Origin: an uncultured Spirochaetota bacterium
GTDB taxonomy: Bacteria; Spirochaetota; Brevinematia; Brevinematales; JAOACQ01
Length of the DNA: 64,000 nucleotides
NCBI GenBank assembly: GCA_963835575.1
Contig: CAWIGG010000004.1
Coordinates: 416,001 to 480,000 of the forward strand
Direction of reading: 5' to 3'
Part shown: piece by piece, positions 1 through 10,343 of the stretch
Layout: each line of letters starts with the position of its first letter
Position numbering within the stretch: position 1 is the first letter of the stretch
Program-made: the position numbers and the translations under genes
The notes under the pieces: generated by a model
Seen by the model: the letters and a program-made list of their open reading frames with translations, nothing else
Told to the model about the DNA's origin: nothing
Database searches by the model: none

Positions 1-404
1 GATATGGTTTCCCTTTCGCTTTCCAGCTTTTTCTCAAGTCTTTTTAATTTATCAATACTTCGCTTGATTGTTGAATAATTTGTCAAAGTCCCGCCCAGCC
101 ATCTTTTAGTGACATAGGGCATTCCGCATCTTGCGGCTTCCTCAAAAACGGAGACCTGGGCCTGCTTTTTTGTTCCCACAAAAAGAACATAGCCGTCCTG
201 TGTAATAATTTCTTTCATCGCGGTATAAGCTATTTTCAATTTTTCCATGGTGTGCCGCAGATCTATGATATAAATCCCGTTCCTTTTCATGAAAATATAA
301 GGCTTCATCTTGGGGTTCCATCTTTTAGTCTGATGGCCGAAGTGAACACCTGCCTCAAGCAGTCCGCTCATGAGCTCTTTTTCATCGTAGATTATACTTG
401 CCAT
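1..404 (-). CDS. rpsB: 30S ribosomal protein S2 (5' part; runs off window start)
   Basis: Manual translation from ATG at 404: [46 protein letters not shown], the S2 signature. GGAGG lies upstream. Not in the ORF track. Confidence 0.97.
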   Translation of the reverse strand, partial: MASIIYDEKELMSGLLEAGVHFGHQTKRWNPKMKPYIFMKRNGIYIIDLRHTMEKLKIAYTAMKEIITQDGYVLFVGTKKQAQVSVFEEAARCGMPYVTKRWLGGTLTNYSTIKRSIDKLKRLEKKLESERETI

Positions 405-468
405 ATATCCTATTTTGCCTCCATGAGGATTTTTTAGACATTTAATTTAAGAAGAATAATAAAATCTG

Positions 469-1737
469 TCAAATTTTATCGCAGTATCTTCCATACAATC
501 TGTAAAATAAACGAAAATCAGGGTTTTTAATCGCGTTAAGGAAAAAAGAAGCGCTTATTTCCTCCGGGTTGCATATTGAATAAAAATCCATGATGCCGCG
601 GGTATTGCCGCCTATTTGATCTGAAATCTCATATGGGGACGCAATGACATATTCGGAGCCGTTTTCAATTAAATTAGAAATGACCCCTTCGGAATAGAGG
701 CCGGTTAAACAGCAGTTCAGGAAGGCCAGATGGAGATTGTCCGTATTAGGGATTTGATCGGTCAACGCATTATTGATATTCAGCATTCCTTTTTGATCCT
801 GGATTTCTCCATGGCCGCAGAAATGAAGAAGATGTGAATTGCGGAGATTGTATTTATAATCCTGATAATTGTTATCGGAGTATGTTTCCACATTGAACCT
901 CTTATCCATAAGCTTTTTAAGTTCATTGATTTCAGAAGCGGAATTTTTTATCTTTTTTGAATATATAATAGTCATATTGCCGGCTTCTGCAGAATGTCTT
1001 TTATGATCAGCGGGTATCAAATACCGAACTAAAATTTTATCAAGAGCCTCAAAAGGTATAAAAACACCTTTGCCGTTCCAATATATATCAATTAAGCTGC
1101 ATTCATTGTTTTTTAAATCTTTTTTTGTGAGCGGTATATTTATTTTTTTAAATAATTTGTCAATAAGTTCCTGCAGGACACTTATTTTATCTTCTATCCG
1201 GGCCTGATTTTTAATGCAGATATCAATTTCATTCCGGAGCATGAGAAATTCGTTTTGAAGCTTTATCCAATCCGGCCATTGCATATAACTTTCAATGAAT
1301 ATTTTTTCCGGGATGTGTGAATAAATAAATCTTATATAAGAATCCTGTCTGGCTTTTATATTAAGAAAGGGCTTAGGTTTTTCCAGATTATCACTTAAAG
1401 AAAGCCATGCGTCAAATACGCTGTCCGGGACATTGTGGTTATGTTCCTGCAGAAAGAGAGTCTGGGAAACAACAGGTTGAACCGGTTTTCTTTGTGTTTC
1501 AGTTACTTTTATTGAAATTGTATTATTGATGTTTTTGCTTTTTTCTTTTTGAACATTTGATTGTTTAAACTGGTTATTATAGCCAGCTTCTATAAAGTAT
1601 TTTATGACTTCATTTTTATGAAAAACGGCTATATATGAGCCCTTTTTTAATGATTTTTCAAGTTTGGCAGCCAGGTTTGAATTAATGAGAAGTTCTTGAT
1701 TTTGATATTGAATATCCTGGGAATTTAAGCAAAGCAT
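469..1737 (-). CDS. CHAT-domain (caspase-like) protein
   Basis: C-terminal LHFCGHG and AFLNCC motifs match the CHAT His/Cys dyad pattern; N-terminus not recognised. Confidence 0.65.
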   Translation of the reverse strand: MLCLNSQDIQYQNQELLINSNLAAKLEKSLKKGSYIAVFHKNEVIKYFIEAGYNNQFKQSNVQKEKSKNINNTISIKVTETQRKPVQPVVSQTLFLQEHNHNVPDSVFDAWLSLSDNLEKPKPFLNIKARQDSYIRFIYSHIPEKIFIESYMQWPDWIKLQNEFLMLRNEIDICIKNQARIEDKISVLQELIDKLFKKINIPLTKKDLKNNECSLIDIYWNGKGVFIPFEALDKILVRYLIPADHKRHSAEAGNMTIIYSKKIKNSASEINELKKLMDKRFNVETYSDNNYQDYKYNLRNSHLLHFCGHGEIQDQKGMLNINNALTDQIPNTDNLHLAFLNCCLTGLYSEGVISNLIENGSEYVIASPYEISDQIGGNTRGIMDFYSICNPEEISASFFLNAIKNPDFRLFYRLYGRYCDKI

Positions 1738-1743
1738 ATAAAA

Positions 1744-2649
1744 TTAAGGGGATTTTACTACAATAACTTGCGACTGATTGATGTTTTTAATTGTCTTCGG
1801 ACTGGCGAATAACCGCGCGGCATCCTTATTATTGAGGATAAAACTTGTATTCATTTTTCCTGTGATATCATAAGGGATTGTGTAGAAAATCCTTTCCCCG
1901 CAGCGGGGCGATTGAAAAGCATAGTTCAGGCTGGTCGTGTATTCACAGACGCCGTATTTTTCCAGATATATTTTATCCACAGTTTCAGGACCGTAGAGAA
2001 GAATGCCGTCTTCGTCGAAAATTCTCATCTGTATGCTGGGATTAAAATCCTTATAAGTGAGCGTATCGATGATCAGTCCGTCGAAATACTCTACTTCCTT
2101 TGTTTCTGATTGAACATAATTTGTCAGTTCTTTCTTTTCAAAATCACGGAAAAAAATATTGGCAATGCCGTTTTTCCCGAAAAGACTTAATTCTACCATG
2201 CCTAAAACCGTTTTTCCTTTCTGGATCATAGGGTAATAAACAGCCCTGTCGGCATAGGAAATGATTTCATACCGGACATCGCTTTTTATGGAATAATAAT
2301 CTTTGAGAAGATAAAGGTCGGAAATACGCACATAACCCATTGCCTTGATAAGGTTCTGACGGAGCTCATCCTTGATAAGGGAATCATAGTTATTGACGAT
2401 TTTTCCAATGTTGGGATTTTCTTCATTAATGGTTATTGAAACCTCAGTTCTGACTTTGCCGGTTGTCCAGTCTATGATGCTGTTGTAATCAGGCACTTCT
2501 TCTACAAGATCGATTTTCTGCTTTTCTTCTTTATCCCAGTAATCGCTTTTATTACGCTGAGCGGCCTGGAAAATTTGAGTCGAAATAAATAGAAGAATTA
2601 TTAAACATGAGAAAAAACGGCAAGGCAATAAAATACCCTCAATTTTCAT
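1744..2649 (-). CDS. Exported hypothetical protein
   Basis: Hydrophobic N-terminus, 301-aa ORF, 6 bp from the next gene. Confidence 0.6.
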   Translation of the reverse strand: MKIEGILLPCRFFSCLIILLFISTQIFQAAQRNKSDYWDKEEKQKIDLVEEVPDYNSIIDWTTGKVRTEVSITINEENPNIGKIVNNYDSLIKDELRQNLIKAMGYVRISDLYLLKDYYSIKSDVRYEIISYADRAVYYPMIQKGKTVLGMVELSLFGKNGIANIFFRDFEKKELTNYVQSETKEVEYFDGLIIDTLTYKDFNPSIQMRIFDEDGILLYGPETVDKIYLEKYGVCEYTTSLNYAFQSPRCGERIFYTIPYDITGKMNTSFILNNKDAARLFASPKTIKNINQSQVIVVKSP

Positions 2650-2697
2650 TTGTTATATTATAATAGATTCAATGATATTTCAAATTTTTCTTTATCC

Positions 2698-2985
2698 TCA
2701 ATAGGAATATCTGATGTCGAAGGAGGAGAATTCGTTTGCATCTGTATCGGTAATCCGGTAAACCACATCTTCCACCCGGGCTGAAGACGGCCCTTTTTTT
2801 AAATAGAGAAGAAAATCATGTATTAATTCTTCTTCTCCGACAGCCACGGTTTTAACTCCGCCGTCAGGAAGATTTGCCACCCAGCCTGTGATGCCGAGGA
2901 TCTCCGCTTTATCTATCACATAATAGCGGAAGCCCACACCCTGCACCCTGCCGGAGATTTCAGCCTCAATCCTTTTTAAAGACAT
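2698..2985 (-). CDS. acyP: Acylphosphatase
   Basis: GRVQGVGFR and GWVAN motifs. Confidence 0.95.
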   Translation of the reverse strand: MSLKRIEAEISGRVQGVGFRYYVIDKAEILGITGWVANLPDGGVKTVAVGEEELIHDFLLYLKKGPSSARVEDVVYRITDTDANEFSSFDIRYSY

Positions 2986-3001
2986 AAAGATTTCCTTATC
3001 C

Positions 3002-3613
3002 TTAACGGGTTATAAGCGCCACGCACCCTTCAGAGAAGAAATTCGGAAACATCATTGACGATTGATATTTATTCCCTTTTATATAATTGGTTTTGATAAT
3101 TTTAATCGATCTCTTTTTACAGAAATCTTTAAAATCAGATAATGTCAGCAGATGAATATTCGGCGTATTGAACCATTCATGAGGCAGGGTCTTGGATTTG
3201 GGCATTTTTCCGCCCATAAAAAGCTGGAATCGGATCCGATAGTAGCCGAAATTCGGAAAGCTGACAATTCCGTGTTTTCCTATTCTGAGTATCTCATCGA
3301 TGAGGGCGTCAGGAATATTCAATTCCTGTATGGTCTGGCTGAGTATGACATAATCATAGGCTTTATCGCGGATATTATCGAATTTTTCATTAAGATTATG
3401 CTCTATAACCGGGATTCCTTTTTCAATACAGCTGATGATCCTGTTCAAGTCAATTTCAACACCCATTCCCTTGACTTCCTTATTATGAATCAGATAATTA
3501 AGAAGAGTGCCGTCGCCGCATCCCAGGTCGAGGACGCTGGAACCTTCTGCAATCCAATCCGCGATGATTGAAAGGTCAGCCCTGTTTGACAATAATGAGA
3601 GCATTTTTTTCAT
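3002..3613 (-). CDS. metW: Methionine biosynthesis protein MetW
   Basis: VLDLGCGDG, SFPNFG, WFNTPNIH motifs; directly follows metX. Confidence 0.93.
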   Translation of the reverse strand: MKKMLSLLSNRADLSIIADWIAEGSSVLDLGCGDGTLLNYLIHNKEVKGMGVEIDLNRIISCIEKGIPVIEHNLNEKFDNIRDKAYDYVILSQTIQELNIPDALIDEILRIGKHGIVSFPNFGYYRIRFQLFMGGKMPKSKTLPHEWFNTPNIHLLTLSDFKDFCKKRSIKIIKTNYIKGNKYQSSMMFPNFFSEGCVALITR

Positions 3614-4786
3614 TTAGTTTTCCTCCGGGCCGTAGTTTTTTTCGAAAGTTGCGGATAAAAACCGGCGGATTATGGCCGCTTCAGTATCAAATTCGAGAAG
3701 GAAAGCGTCATGGCCGTAGGAAGATTCAATATTGACATAGGTGACATCTTTTTTCTGCTTCATGAGAGCGTCAACAATTTCTTTGGACTGATAAGGCGGG
3801 AAAAGCCAGTCTGAAGTAAAGGAAAGAACAAGAGTCCGCGTTTTCACTTTTTCAAAAGCCTTTTCCAGACGCCCTTTTCCATAAAACTGCGCGGCGTCAA
3901 AGTAGTCCATGGCTTTTGTTACATATAAATATGTGTTGGCGTCGAAACGCTCGACAAATTTGCTTCCCTGATAATCCAGATAGCTTTCCACCTGGAATTC
4001 ATTGGAAAAATTATAACTGAAGACTTTTTTATCCTGCAGTCTCCTTCCGAATTTCTGATGCATGGATTCATCGCTTAAATAGGTAATATGCCCGATCATC
4101 CTTGCTATTGCCAGCCCGTCGGCGGGAATTGCCCTGCCGTAATAATCGCCATTATTCCAGCGCTTGTCGGAAATAATGGCGTTTCTGCCGACAGCGTTGA
4201 AAGCGATGCCCTGCGCCGATAAACGGCTTGTTGAGGCTATTATGATGGCGGACAGCGGGATATCAGGGTAACGTAGAATCCATTCGAGGGCCTGCATTCC
4301 GCCCATCGAGCCGCCGATGACTGTGAGAAGTTTGTTAATTCCCAGGTGATCTATAAGCTTTTTCTGGACTTTTACCATATCCCCGATCGTTACGACGGGA
4401 AAGCGGCTTCCATAAGACTTGCCGGTCGCAGGGTCTTTTGATGCCGGGCCTGTTGTTCCCATGCAGCCGCCGAGGATATTAGAGCAGATAATAAAGTATT
4501 TACCGGAATCAAGCATTTTTCCGGGACCGACAGCGTCGTCCCACCAGCCGGGATTAATATTGAGTTTTTTATTAATCCCCGCGGCATGGGCATCTCCCGA
4601 TAGTGCATGGCAGATAAGAATGGCGTTGGTTTTATTCCCATTCAATTTCCCGTATGTTTCGTAGGCTATGGTAACCGCTCCGAACCGGCGGCCTGAATCA
4701 AGCTCAAGAAACTCCCCCTTTTTATCTGCAAAAGAAAAGTATTGAGTTTTAACTATACCGACTGATTTACCTTTCATTAACGGCAT
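3614..4786 (-). CDS. metX: Homoserine O-acyltransferase
   Basis: CHALSGD, GGSMGG nucleophile elbow, GHDAFLLE. Confidence 0.95.
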   Translation of the reverse strand: MPLMKGKSVGIVKTQYFSFADKKGEFLELDSGRRFGAVTIAYETYGKLNGNKTNAILICHALSGDAHAAGINKKLNINPGWWDDAVGPGKMLDSGKYFIICSNILGGCMGTTGPASKDPATGKSYGSRFPVVTIGDMVKVQKKLIDHLGINKLLTVIGGSMGGMQALEWILRYPDIPLSAIIIASTSRLSAQGIAFNAVGRNAIISDKRWNNGDYYGRAIPADGLAIARMIGHITYLSDESMHQKFGRRLQDKKVFSYNFSNEFQVESYLDYQGSKFVERFDANTYLYVTKAMDYFDAAQFYGKGRLEKAFEKVKTRTLVLSFTSDWLFPPYQSKEIVDALMKQKKDVTYVNIESSYGHDAFLLEFDTEAAIIRRFLSATFEKNYGPEEN

Positions 4787-4802
4787 TATCCTCCGCAGTA
4801 TC

Positions 4803-7379
4803 TTATTTATTATCCTGGATCATAAAATAACCGGTCACAAAAACAAGCGGCGCGTTGTAGTCTATCGCGTATTCATTGCACGAGAAAGAAACAAAACTGT
4901 CAAAATAGCCTTTAGCGCCCAGGCCTGACGGATATGTTCCGTCTTCGGCGCTGCTGTTCGGACCGCCGACAAGGAGGCCAGGCACTGGCACAAAGAGAGA
5001 TTGCACGATCCGGTGATGAGGGTATTTAACGCCGTTGGAGCCGATTTCCGTGATGAAACATTTGCTGAGTGTATTAACGCCAAGAATGTAGTTCAGCTGC
5101 GACCTTGCCGCGTCAATATATTCCTTGTTAGGTAAAAACTGATTGGCTAAAATAAGGTTCATCGCGAAAGCCAGGTCAGTCTTATTTGACGCCCATTTGT
5201 ATTCGGACCCGCCGAGAAAAACCTTATAGCCGTTTTTTCTGTAGTTCTTCATTGTCCATTCGCATGAAGACTTTACCAGAGCGAGAAGTTTTGTCTTGAG
5301 AGTTTTAGGCGTTTTATCCGCTTTCAACAGGGCATATATGGCGAGCGAGGATAAATCATCCCAGCTGATGGGGCTGTATTCCAGGAAACGGGGGGTATAC
5401 TGCAGGGATGTCTTTAAATATTTGTCATTCCCTGTCATTCTGTAAGTTTCCGCGAATGCCCAATAAATCTCGTCATTCACGTTTCCCGTCAGATAAGCGC
5501 CGGTCTTGTCATTCATAGGCCAGAGTGTTTCACTCTTGTGTTTGATCAGAAAATTGATCGCGTTGAGCGAGGCTTTTTTCAGGACTTCAGCGTATTTCGG
5601 GTCGATTTTAGCGAATACCCTGTACGCTACAGCCATTGAACCGGCGTATATAGCGGTATCGGCGGTCCCTTTTTCATAGATCAGCCTCAGGCCGTTATCG
5701 TTCTGAGGAGGGATGTTGCCGGGAAAATCCTTTGTGTTTACTTTATGATAAACGCCGCCGTCCTTATCCTGCATTTTCAGCATCCAGTCCAGTTCATATT
5801 TGACTTCATTAATAAGATCAGGAATACCGTTGCCCGATTCAGGAATGTCCAGCGAGAAGTTTTTAAAGGTATCCGGCGATATTTCATAGAGCATCAATAG
5901 CTCTGCGGTTGTGACACCGGCCGTCGCCATGTATTTGCCGTAATCCCCGGCGTCATGCCAGCCGCCGGTCGTGTTTACATACTGGTCCGGATTTTCATGG
6001 AGATATCCGTCTTTCAGGTGGCAGGCCGGATGAACGATTTTCGATATTGTGTCATTTATATCGATGCCGCATCTCTGCAGGTAGTATGAACGGGTTGTTG
6101 TATAAAAAAGTCTCTTCAGAATATCATCATTGATCTCAAAAGGATAGGAATCCTCAAAATCGGCGATTTTAATAATATATTTCCCGGTATTAGTCAGAGC
6201 GGTGAAATCACCGTAATAATTTGTATCGCTTGTTGAGAAATCAATAGATGGATCCGTTAATGTCCCTTTAAAGGCCACTTTTCCATCCGTTGTCATAACG
6301 GTAAAATCCTTCGAGCTTAGATTTTCTTCATTATCGGTCAAAACAAAGATCTTTTTGTCTTTCGGCAGATAACCCAGCTGGTTTACTTTAATATTTTTAA
6401 CCGGGGTCAGATTGATGCCGGCGGAACTCTCCCTGGATTTTTCCAGTTTTTTATTTATGGCGACATAGTTTACTGTCAGATTCATTTCGCTCATCGTATT
6501 CGGGTCATATTCCAGGCTAATGCCGCCTTCGGTATCTGTCTGGTATTTATCCTCGCCCATTTTTATTTCACCCTGCCAGGGCAGTCCGTTAAACATGACA
6601 TAAATCCTGTGATAGCGCGCGGTGCTGAAGCCTTCGGGCATCAGTATGAAAGTGCCCAGGAAAACTTTTGGGTCGGCGGATATGACGGCTTTTTTCCAGA
6701 ATGATGGATTTACTTCAATTGCCGGGTTGTTTCCTGACCAGACAAGCCCGGTGACTTTATCCTTTGTTCCGTTCCAATCGTCACCGGCAAAATCTATCCA
6801 TACCGGGTCGCCGTCTTTTATTTCAACAGGACCAAAATTCTTGAGAGGAATTTTCGCTTCTAAAATACAGCCGCTGTCATTCTTTATTACGGCAGTTTCC
6901 TGGCCTGTTAATTCCTTGTTTAAATCCCAGATCCATGTCTTTGCCTGGCCGGGCGTCAGGGCAATTCCGAAATGATGGTCCTGACTGGTCATATTGATCT
7001 TTTTCTTTTTATGAAAACCCAGGTAGACTTCAAGGCAGTCTCCCTGATTAATATTGCTCCCCTGGTACGGGTTTAAGCATGGAGTGCTGTCTGTTACAAC
7101 AGAATAAAGATATAGATTTTCCTTATCAAAAAAAGCCCAGACTTTATAACCGGATTCACCGGCGTTTCTCCATTTGCCGCTTCTGATCTGAGTGTAGCTT
7201 TCCATGATGAATGGGACTGTTTTCGGCCAGTCAGCATTGTTCCCGTCAATTTTTACCTTAATATCCGGCTGATAATAAACAGGGAACTGGCTGTCTTCAG
7301 AAAATAACGCTGAAGCGCAAAAAGCGGAACATATCAAAAGCATCAAACCTATAAAACTTTTTTTAACAAAGGATTTCAT
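4803..7379 (-). CDS. Secreted GH9 glycoside hydrolase with N-terminal CBM9/DOMON-like and Ig-like domains
   Basis: Signal peptide; IKVKIDG..DW sugar-binding module; VNQLGY, GGWHDAGDYGKY and NEYAIDYNA GH9 motifs. Confidence 0.88.
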   Translation of the reverse strand: MKSFVKKSFIGLMLLICSAFCASALFSEDSQFPVYYQPDIKVKIDGNNADWPKTVPFIMESYTQIRSGKWRNAGESGYKVWAFFDKENLYLYSVVTDSTPCLNPYQGSNINQGDCLEVYLGFHKKKKINMTSQDHHFGIALTPGQAKTWIWDLNKELTGQETAVIKNDSGCILEAKIPLKNFGPVEIKDGDPVWIDFAGDDWNGTKDKVTGLVWSGNNPAIEVNPSFWKKAVISADPKVFLGTFILMPEGFSTARYHRIYVMFNGLPWQGEIKMGEDKYQTDTEGGISLEYDPNTMSEMNLTVNYVAINKKLEKSRESSAGINLTPVKNIKVNQLGYLPKDKKIFVLTDNEENLSSKDFTVMTTDGKVAFKGTLTDPSIDFSTSDTNYYGDFTALTNTGKYIIKIADFEDSYPFEINDDILKRLFYTTTRSYYLQRCGIDINDTISKIVHPACHLKDGYLHENPDQYVNTTGGWHDAGDYGKYMATAGVTTAELLMLYEISPDTFKNFSLDIPESGNGIPDLINEVKYELDWMLKMQDKDGGVYHKVNTKDFPGNIPPQNDNGLRLIYEKGTADTAIYAGSMAVAYRVFAKIDPKYAEVLKKASLNAINFLIKHKSETLWPMNDKTGAYLTGNVNDEIYWAFAETYRMTGNDKYLKTSLQYTPRFLEYSPISWDDLSSLAIYALLKADKTPKTLKTKLLALVKSSCEWTMKNYRKNGYKVFLGGSEYKWASNKTDLAFAMNLILANQFLPNKEYIDAARSQLNYILGVNTLSKCFITEIGSNGVKYPHHRIVQSLFVPVPGLLVGGPNSSAEDGTYPSGLGAKGYFDSFVSFSCNEYAIDYNAPLVFVTGYFMIQDNK

Positions 7380-7401
7380 ATATTCCTCCTGGACTTTTTT
7401 G

Positions 7402-9192
7402 TTATTTATTTGCCTTATACTCTACAATCTTTATGCTGAGCTCCTCAAGCTGTTTTTCTATTACCTGAGAGGGAGTGTCGCTCATCATATCCTGGCCTTT
7501 CTGCGTTTTCGGGAAGGCTATGACATCGCGGATATTATAAAGGCCCTGGAATTCCATCACCATCCTGTCCAGACCGAAGGCCAGGCCGCCATGCGGCGGC
7601 GCGCCGTAACTCAACGCGTCGAGCAGAAAACCGAATTTTATCTTGGCGTCTTCTTCTGAGATATTCAGGATGCTGAATATTTTCTTCTGAACATCCTGAT
7701 TGTGGATCCTGATGCTGCCGCCGCCGAGTTCGATCCCGTTCAGCACAAGGTCATAAGCGTCGGAGCGGACATTGCCGGGGTCTTTATCAAGCTTGTCCAG
7801 GTCGGCCACCTTGGGGGCCGTAAAGGGATGATGCACTGAATCCCAGCGGTTGTCATCCGTATTCCAGTCAAAGAGGGGAAAATCAACGACCCAGACAAAT
7901 TCCATTTTCTTTTTATCGCGCAGGCCGAACCTGTCGCCGATGTTCAGGCGGAGGTTGGCAATGGAATCGTACACGACCTTTTTATTGGTATCGCCTATAA
8001 AGAGAAGTGCAAAGTCCTCTTTGGCGCCGGTGACTTTTATCAAAACCTTCTGCACGTCCGCGGAAAAATATTTGACAATATTGGATTCCAGTTTTCCTTC
8101 CTTGACGCGCATCCAGGCCATTCCCTTCGAGCCGTATTTGCCGACAAAAGCGATAAGGTCGTCCAGATCCTTTCTGGAAAGGCGGCTTCCTTCCGGCACC
8201 GGGAGGCATTTGATCATTCCGCCCGCCTGGGCCACGTTTTTAAAGACCGCGAAGCCGCAGTTTTTGACAGTTTCAGTCACATCGACAATTTCCATTCCGA
8301 AGCGCATATCAGGTCTGTCAATACCGTATTTGTCAATGGCTTCTTTGTATGTGATCCGCTTGATGGGGGTCTTGATTTTTATGCTGTAGTTTTCATCAAG
8401 GATGCGGGAAATCATTTTTTCCATTATAACGATGATATCGTCTTCGGTGATAAAAGACATTTCTATATCGATCTGAGTGAACTCAAGCTGTCTGTCGGCG
8501 CGGAGGTCCTCGTCGCGGAAGCATTTCGCGATCTGGTAATAGCGGTCAATGCCGCCGACCATCAGTATCTGTTTATAAAGCTGAGGCGACTGAGGAAGGG
8601 CGTAAAAATTTCCTGGGGCGAGCCTGGAAGGAACAAGAAAGTCCCGCGCTCCCTCGGGCGTGGATTTATTCAAAATCGGCGTTTCCACTTCCAGAAAGCC
8701 GTTCTCGTCCAAAAACTGGTGGACCGTATTGACAATTTTATGCCGCATATAAAGGTTCTGGTACATCTGGGGCCGGCGGATGTCAAGATAGCGGTATTTA
8801 AGCCGGACTTCTTCGCTCAATTCCTCCTGGTCGATCTGGAAAGGAGGCGTCTTTGATTTATTGAGCATGTCGATTTTATCGATCTTGACTTCATATTTTC
8901 CTGTCGGGATCTTCGGGTTGATATTTTCCGCTGTCCTGAGGAGGACAACGCCGCCCGCGGAAATCACATCCTCGCCTCGGACTTTCTTCGCGATCTCATG
9001 CGCGCCGGGATTCGTCTGCGGGTCAAAGACAAGCTGGATCAGCCCGCTTCTGTCGCGGACGTCCAGGAATGTCAGCCCGCCGTGGTCCCTGTAATTCTGC
9101 GCCCATCCGTTAATGACAACCCTTTTGCCGACAAGGCTGTCTTTATTGACCTCGCCGCAGTAAAGCGTACGTTGCTGTTCTTTTGTAATCAT
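7402..9192 (-). CDS. aspS: Aspartate--tRNA ligase
   Basis: RDHGG, PQSPQ, CFRDEDLRADRQ, PPHGGLAFGLDR. Confidence 0.98.
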   Translation of the reverse strand: MITKEQQRTLYCGEVNKDSLVGKRVVINGWAQNYRDHGGLTFLDVRDRSGLIQLVFDPQTNPGAHEIAKKVRGEDVISAGGVVLLRTAENINPKIPTGKYEVKIDKIDMLNKSKTPPFQIDQEELSEEVRLKYRYLDIRRPQMYQNLYMRHKIVNTVHQFLDENGFLEVETPILNKSTPEGARDFLVPSRLAPGNFYALPQSPQLYKQILMVGGIDRYYQIAKCFRDEDLRADRQLEFTQIDIEMSFITEDDIIVIMEKMISRILDENYSIKIKTPIKRITYKEAIDKYGIDRPDMRFGMEIVDVTETVKNCGFAVFKNVAQAGGMIKCLPVPEGSRLSRKDLDDLIAFVGKYGSKGMAWMRVKEGKLESNIVKYFSADVQKVLIKVTGAKEDFALLFIGDTNKKVVYDSIANLRLNIGDRFGLRDKKKMEFVWVVDFPLFDWNTDDNRWDSVHHPFTAPKVADLDKLDKDPGNVRSDAYDLVLNGIELGGGSIRIHNQDVQKKIFSILNISEEDAKIKFGFLLDALSYGAPPHGGLAFGLDRMVMEFQGLYNIRDVIAFPKTQKGQDMMSDTPSQVIEKQLEELSIKIVEYKANK

Positions 9193-9297
9193 AAGTCCTC
9201 CGAAAATTTAATTATCCTGTACTGAGCAGATTATTTAACCGCGCCTAAGGGCGGTTTTCACATAAAAACAGCTCAATACGTAAAATGAAATCGGTAT

Positions 9298-9326
9298 ATT
9301 TTAGAGGAAAAAGAAAAAACTATCAA
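9298..9326 (-). promoter_or_regulatory. Putative sigma70 promoter of aspS
   Basis: TTGATA-17 bp-TAAAAT on the minus strand. Confidence 0.5.
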
Positions 9327-9368
9327 GGCAGGGGTTAAATTTATGATAATAAATAAGTGCAATTAAAT

Positions 9369-10160
9369 TTAATAATCCAGCCACTTCTTAAACCGGATGC
9401 CTATACTGAGAAGAATAAGCGTTATTCCCGCAATAAGGCTTATTATGATCGCGCCGGATGGGTTCGCTTCGACGGCCGTCCTTTTGAGAATGATGCCGAT
9501 GAAAGCCCAGATAATGACAAGACTGTAGGGAATATCATTCCGCCTGAATAACATTGTCATTGTTATCAAAGTAACTATTATAATCATTGCGGCAGTCCAG
9601 AAAACCTCGGTCAGCCCGAAACGGTCCCAATGGATATTGACTAAAAAAGCTGACGCATTGGCGACGAGCGCGACGGAAATCCAGCCTATGTAAACACTGA
9701 AAGGCAGATGCACCATATATTTTTCACCTTTTGATCCGGAATTTATCCCGATATTCAGACGTAAATAAATAATGAGAAGGCAGATAAAAAGAAGTATCAT
9801 AATGAAGAGGGATAAAAGGACCTGCTGATAATGCCATGCGAATATCCAGGCCATATTTAATATGGAAGCGAAGACAAAAAACCATCCGATCTTATCTAAA
9901 AAAGGCATGTTTTGCGCGCCTTTTTTAAAAAGGTCTCTGGCCTGGTAGATGGAAAACAGGAGAAGCAATATATAGATCACTCCCCAGATAGAGAAAATCA
10001 GTCCGGCCGGTACAAATAAATTCGGGTACATATCGGAAAGCGCGCCGGTGCTTTTTCCATTAAGAGGGAGTGTGACCGCGAGCGTATTAATTACAATAGT
10101 CCCTATAAATCCGAGGATATTCAATACCTGAATTAATTTTTTTGTTACAGGATTACTCAT
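9369..10160 (-). CDS. TspO/MBR-like tryptophan-rich membrane protein
   Basis: PAGLIFSIWGVIY motif, multiple TM helices; start moved to the ATG after GGAGG. Confidence 0.75.
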   Translation of the reverse strand: MSNPVTKKLIQVLNILGFIGTIVINTLAVTLPLNGKSTGALSDMYPNLFVPAGLIFSIWGVIYILLLLFSIYQARDLFKKGAQNMPFLDKIGWFFVFASILNMAWIFAWHYQQVLLSLFIMILLFICLLIIYLRLNIGINSGSKGEKYMVHLPFSVYIGWISVALVANASAFLVNIHWDRFGLTEVFWTAAMIIIVTLITMTMLFRRNDIPYSLVIIWAFIGIILKRTAVEANPSGAIIISLIAGITLILLSIGIRFKKWLDY

Positions 10161-10343
10161 AAAGACCTCCGTCCATTTTAAAATTAAAAACAAGTTTTAG
10201 TCTAATAAAGATTTCAAAAAGCGCAATATTTATTTTATTACCATGGAATACTTCTGCCCTGGTACCAGAAATAGCCCGAATCTATTTTTGAAACGGCAAA
10301 TGTGTATATATCCTCTTTTCATAACCGCCTCCCTTTATTTTTA

